Of a stretch of DNA of 64,000 nt, positions 61,950-64,000 are shown piece after piece. Position 1 is the first letter of the stretch; each line of letters begins with the position of its first letter. The DNA is from the human T2T-CHM13v2.0 reference genome, Homo sapiens: NCBI RefSeq assembly GCF_009914755.1, contig NC_060929.1, one strand, 5' to 3'. Under the pieces are notes generated by a model. The model was given only the letters and a program-made list of their open reading frames with translations. It ran no database searches and had not been told where the DNA came from. The position numbers and the translations under genes are program-made.

Positions 61950-64000
61950 TAAAAAACCTAAAAATATTGAAACTATACAAAGTATGCTGCCCAACCACAA
62001 TAGAATACAATTAGAAATTAAAAATCAGAGATGAATTTTAAAATTTCATAAATATGTGGAAATTGAACAACATACTCCTAAATAACCAATCAGTCAATGA
62101 AAAAAATCACAAGCATTAATAGGAAATACATTGAGTAAATTAAAGTGAAGATACAATACACCAAAACTTATGGGATGTGGTTAAAAAGTAGTTACGGGGA
62201 AACTTATACCTGTAAACACTTATATTGAAAAAGAACTATATCAAATCAATTACCTAATTATCTACCTTAAGACACTGAAGAAAGAAGAACAAATACACCT
62301 AAAACAAATAGAAGGAATTAAATAATAATGATTAGAGTGGAAATTAATGAAATTACAAATATACAAGCAATAGAGGAAATCAACAAAATATGTTCTTTAA
62401 AAATCAACAAAATTGACAAAGCTTTAGCTAGATTGACCAAGAAAAACAGAAGAATACTCACATTGCTAAAATCAGAAATGAAAGAGGTGACCTTATTACC
62501 AATTTGCAGAAATAAAAAAGATTATGAGAGAATACTATGAGCAACTGTATGTTGGTAAATTCAATAATGTAAATGAAATGAACAAATTCCTAAAAAAAAA
62601 ACCAACTACCCAAATTGACTTGAGAAGAAATAGATGATCTGAATAGATCTGAATAGATAAAAATAGAGATTAAATTAGTAATTAAAAAAAAACTGCCAAC
62701 AAAGGAAATCTAGGCTCAGATAGCTTCATTAGTGAATTCTACCAAATATTTAAGGAATAATTATTAGTGATTATTCATAAACTTTGTCAAAAAATAGAAG
62801 AGAATACTTCCTAAATCATCCTATGAGCCAGTATTACACTGATACCAAAATCAAAGATATTACAAAAAAAGAAATCCACAGACCAATATATTTTATAAAT
62901 ACAGGCACAAAAATCCTGAAAAAGAAATACTAGCAAACTGAATTCAGCAACATATAAAAACTCCTACCATGGCCAAGTGGGATTTATCATAGGAATACAA
63001 GGTTGGTTTGTTATCTGATAATTAGTTAGTTTAATGCACCATATCAATAGAATAAAAGGCAAAAAAAAAAAAAAAACACATGATCATCTCAATAGAGGCA
63101 GAGAAACATTTGATAGAATCCAACATCACTTCATGATAAAAAATTCAATAAATTAGGAATAGAAGGACACTTCCTCATTCTGCTAAAGGTCATTTATGAA
63201 AGAAAATATATAGCTAATATTATGCTTATTTGCAGATGATACAACCTTGTATACAGAAAATCCTGAAGAATACACACACAAAAACTAGTGCTAAAAAGCA
63301 AGTTTTGGAAGGATGCAGGCTAGATCAATATATGAAATCAATTGTATTTATATGTTTGCAATCCAAAAATAAAATTAAAAACCAATTTTATTTACAATAG
63401 TATCAAATGGAATAAAATATGTAGGAATACACTTAACAAAAGAAATGCAATACTTGTGCAACTGAAAACGTCAAATCATTGTTGAAATAAATTTAAAAAT
63501 ATCTAAGTAAATGAAAAGACATGCCATGACCATGAATTGGAAGAGAATGCTATTAAGATGGCAATACTCTCTACATTGTTGTACAGATTAAATGCAACCC
63601 CTCCCAAAACCCCAGCTCACTTTTTTGCAGAATTTGACTAGCTGATTTTAAAATTAATATGAAAATGGAAGAGACCCAAAACGGCCAACATGATCTTGGA
63701 AAAGAACAAAGTTGGAGGATTCACACTTCTTTATTTCAAAACTTACTACAAAGCAAATATAAGCAAGACAGTGTCATACCAGCATAAGAATACATGTAAA
63801 GGTCAATGGAATAGAACAGCGAATCCAGAAATAAATTCTCGCATTTGTGGACAATTGACTTTAGACCAGCATGCCAAGATCATTGAACATAGAATGTAAA
63901 ATCGGCAAAGAATCTGACTAGACATTTCTGCAAAGAATATATAAAAATGGCCCACAAATACATTAAAAGATACTCAACATCATTATTCTTCAGGATAATG
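61950..64000 (+). mobile_element. Old L1 (L1MB/L1M4-like) ORF2 fragment running off the window end
   Basis: KINKIDKALARLTKK; KNKVGGFTLLYFKTYYKA…QWNRTANPEIN; many stops and deletions. Confidence 0.85.

Overview
Human genomic DNA (it carries a near-consensus AluYa5, a human-specific subfamily): an AT-rich, gene-poor, repeat-dense intergenic window. I see no intact protein-coding gene, RNA gene or CRISPR array; almost all ORFs in the track are LINE-1, Alu or LTR read-through. The one gene-derived object is an old, intronless, heavily rearranged processed pseudogene of the Wnt co-activator BCL9 (~10.2-13.9 kb, + strand). From memory this is probably the annotated BCL9P1 on chr5q, which I cannot verify here. 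It has lost its start codon, half of HD1, all of HD2/HD3 and the C-terminus, and carries a small inversion, a 46-bp tandem duplication and a CpG-retaining 3'UTR segment. The rest is nested transposons: L1PA7 in a MaLR LTR, THE1B in AluJ, L1PA in THE1D in L1MB, a near-full-length L1PA4/5-like element missing its YY1 site, an L1MA lacking ORF1, and an LTR16/ERVL provirus with an inverted LTR copy inside its RT. I found no convincing new biological system. Subfamily names and BCL9 residue numbers come from recalled consensus sequences and need RepeatMasker/BLAST confirmation.
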